Below, one piece after another: positions 60,465 to 64,000 of a DNA stretch of 64,000 nt. Position 1 is the first letter of the stretch, and every line of letters starts with the position of its first letter. This stretch comes from an uncultured delta proteobacterium (lineage in GTDB: Bacteria > Desulfobacterota > Binatia > JACPRU01). Where the stretch lies: the NCBI GenBank assembly GCA_963745025.1, contig CAVUWD010000006.1, positions 64,001-128,000 of the forward strand, read 5' to 3'. A model generated the notes under the pieces. The model was given only the letters and a program-made list of their open reading frames with translations. It had not been told where the DNA came from and ran no database searches. A program made the position numbers and the translations under genes.

Positions 60465-60773
60465 GAGCGCTACAGATCTCGATACGCTTGACCGGCAGCT
60501 CGGCGGTCGGCGCCGAATGCGCACGCACATGGCCAGCACCAATCTGAAAACCGTTTGCGACCGCACGACCTGCGGACCTCGCAGGGACTTGCCAAGAGCT
60601 TGGCGAGCAAAATGAATCTGCCATGTCTCGTCGTTGTGCTCCGTACCGGGTGGGCTACCAGGCGGACGAAGCGCGTTAATTGGGCAGAGGTCTGTTCGCG
60701 AACAGCGGCTCAGGGGCCTGTTGGTTTGCGAGCGATTGGCCTTTTGCCGGACGGCGTGGCATCAAGAAGACTA

Positions 60774-61235
60774 ATGAGCCGAAGCGTGTCGCGCTCCGTG
60801 AAGTTTCTCATCGCTGCGTCACTCCTGGTGTCGTGCTCCGCGCGAATGCCGCCAGCCGCCGTCCGGTGGAATGAGGCAGCGCAGGTTCTGGCGCCCCCAC
60901 CAGATGCTACGGTCAACGAGGGTACGGATCTGGGCTATCTCCGCGTAGAGACCGACACCGACGTACGTGTGAGTGGAAGCCTGAGCTACAACAATGTCCG
61001 CCGTCCGTTCGATGTCTATTCGTCCGACGGCACGCTACTTCACCCAGACGTCAACAACCAGGGTTGGCGGAATGGCGAAGAACCGGCCTCGCTGGCGCTT
61101 CCCCCGGGCCGGTACGTGGTCGCCTCCATGTACGGCACGGCGTACCGTAAGTTGCAGGTCGAGGTCCGCGCCGGCACGACCACTGAGGTGCCGGCGAATG
61201 CCTTACGTGAAGCGCCACGGGTGTTTCCGAACTAA
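60774..61235 (+). CDS. Hypothetical lipoprotein
   Basis: Lipobox-like LLVSC after a hydrophobic stretch; beta-sandwich-like LPPGRYVV. Confidence 0.65.
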   Translation: MSRSVSRSVKFLIAASLLVSCSARMPPAAVRWNEAAQVLAPPPDATVNEGTDLGYLRVETDTDVRVSGSLSYNNVRRPFDVYSSDGTLLHPDVNNQGWRNGEEPASLALPPGRYVVASMYGTAYRKLQVEVRAGTTTEVPANALREAPRVFPN

Positions 61236-61516
61236 TCGCCGAGGTATCTGGGCTCGAACCAAAGCGGGTTGCCTCGCAGCTCGGAAGACTTTGGACCGAT
61301 GGACCTGCGCTCCGCGAGGGCCACTACGCGCTGGGAAGTGCCGGCACTCGGCACCCGAGACGATGCGGTCGAGAGCTTCGTCCATCTATTCGCAGGTCGT
61401 CGGGGCCACGGGAAGCCCTAGCGAGCGGCTCCGCACGACCGACGAGAGAGGTCATGGAGTTGAGGCTCCAAGCGCATGGTATCGCACGGATGTGTCAAAT
61501 GGTTTCCGCACCGCCC

Positions 61517-61792
61517 TCACGTGGCCCGAGGTCTCCGATTCCCGAAAAGCACAATGCTGATCGTGGTAAAGACGCAGGTGACAACAACAGTGCCGAGGGC
61601 CAACTCGTTGAAGCCTCCCCTGATAATCAAGCACAGCGCCGTCGCTGCGCCGATCATCTGTCCGATCCCTAACACCAGACGCACCACCGCCCAACGCAGA
61701 TCGTGGTTTACGTCCCGGCGATGCGAATCGGCAGGCAGCTGACCTCCAGCATGCACGACGGGAAGCCTAGCCGGAGAATGTGAAGCCCACAT
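61517..61792 (-). CDS. Small two-TM hypothetical membrane protein (start uncertain)
   Basis: RWAVVRLVLGIGQMIGA...ALGTVVVTCVFTTISIVLFG. Confidence 0.55.
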   Translation of the reverse strand: MWASHSPARLPVVHAGGQLPADSHRRDVNHDLRWAVVRLVLGIGQMIGAATALCLIIRGGFNELALGTVVVTCVFTTISIVLFGNRRPRAT

Positions 61793-61871
61793 GACGGACG
61801 CGTGACGTCAATATTGCGGCTGCTAGCGGCGCCGCCAACGCGGAAGTGCTGCGCGCCAATTCGCACGGAGC

Positions 61872-61887
61872 TTCATCGGGAGTTCAC
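61872..61887 (+). promoter_or_regulatory. Pho-box-like repeat pair upstream of the second ppk1
   Basis: TTCAT-N6-TTCAC. Confidence 0.4.
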
Positions 61888-62152
61888 AGTTAAATGGGCG
61901 GGATCTGTCCGGCAGGCGCGCCGCCGGGGGCCGAGAGGGCGCCGCCTCCGTGTAGGGTCGTGCTCGACGAGCGCACGCAGGCGACATGCAACGCTGTGGC
62001 GCCGCGGCTCGACCGCTGCGTTGCCGGGGTGAGCGCGTCCGCCCCCAATTCGGGGGCATAGGCGCCGGGGGGGTGGGTGGTTACGAAGCCGGGGAGTTGG
62101 GCTACACTCCGCCTCCCCGGCTCCATCCGGCCGGACGAAGGGAGCGGAGGCG

Positions 62153-64000
<1,848 letters not shown>

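Noticed and set aside
60465-60770. Possible transposase remnant downstream of pyk
   Set aside because: Only a vague resemblance, with no catalytic motif or terminal repeats.

Overview
High-GC bacterial DNA. A deltaproteobacterial, Ca. Binatia-like origin is inferred from gene content only. (1) 1-15.8 kb is an accessory metabolic region: an acetone-carboxylase-type acxABC operon, a DUF1329 protein, an orphan priming glycosyltransferase, an acetoacetate-decarboxylase-family enzyme, detoxification and hydrolase genes, several gene remnants and an IS21 scar. (2) 15.8-23 kb is the core tRNA-Val-thrS-infC-rpmI-rplT-pheST-ihfA operon. (3) 23.25-26.7 kb is a 3.4-kb island with no recognisable integrase. 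It is bounded by a 27-bp direct repeat that duplicates the 3' end of an Omp85/BamA-TamA-family gene. (4) 26.7-33 kb holds transporters, an amidase and a methyltransferase. (5) 33-64 kb is a large phosphate/polyphosphate supercluster: Pit-DUF47, two near-identical porins bracketing arnT and pstSCAB-phoU-phoB-phoR, two ppk1, CHAD, a lone Ppx HD domain, a histone-like basic protein, two DUF3562-like proteins, DUF155, an atypical pyruvate kinase and microproteins. Many of these units are preceded by 11-bp-periodic Pho-box-like repeats. Scattered single-base frameshifts, some in conserved genes such as pstS, suggest long-read indel errors. All family assignments come from motif recognition, not database searches.
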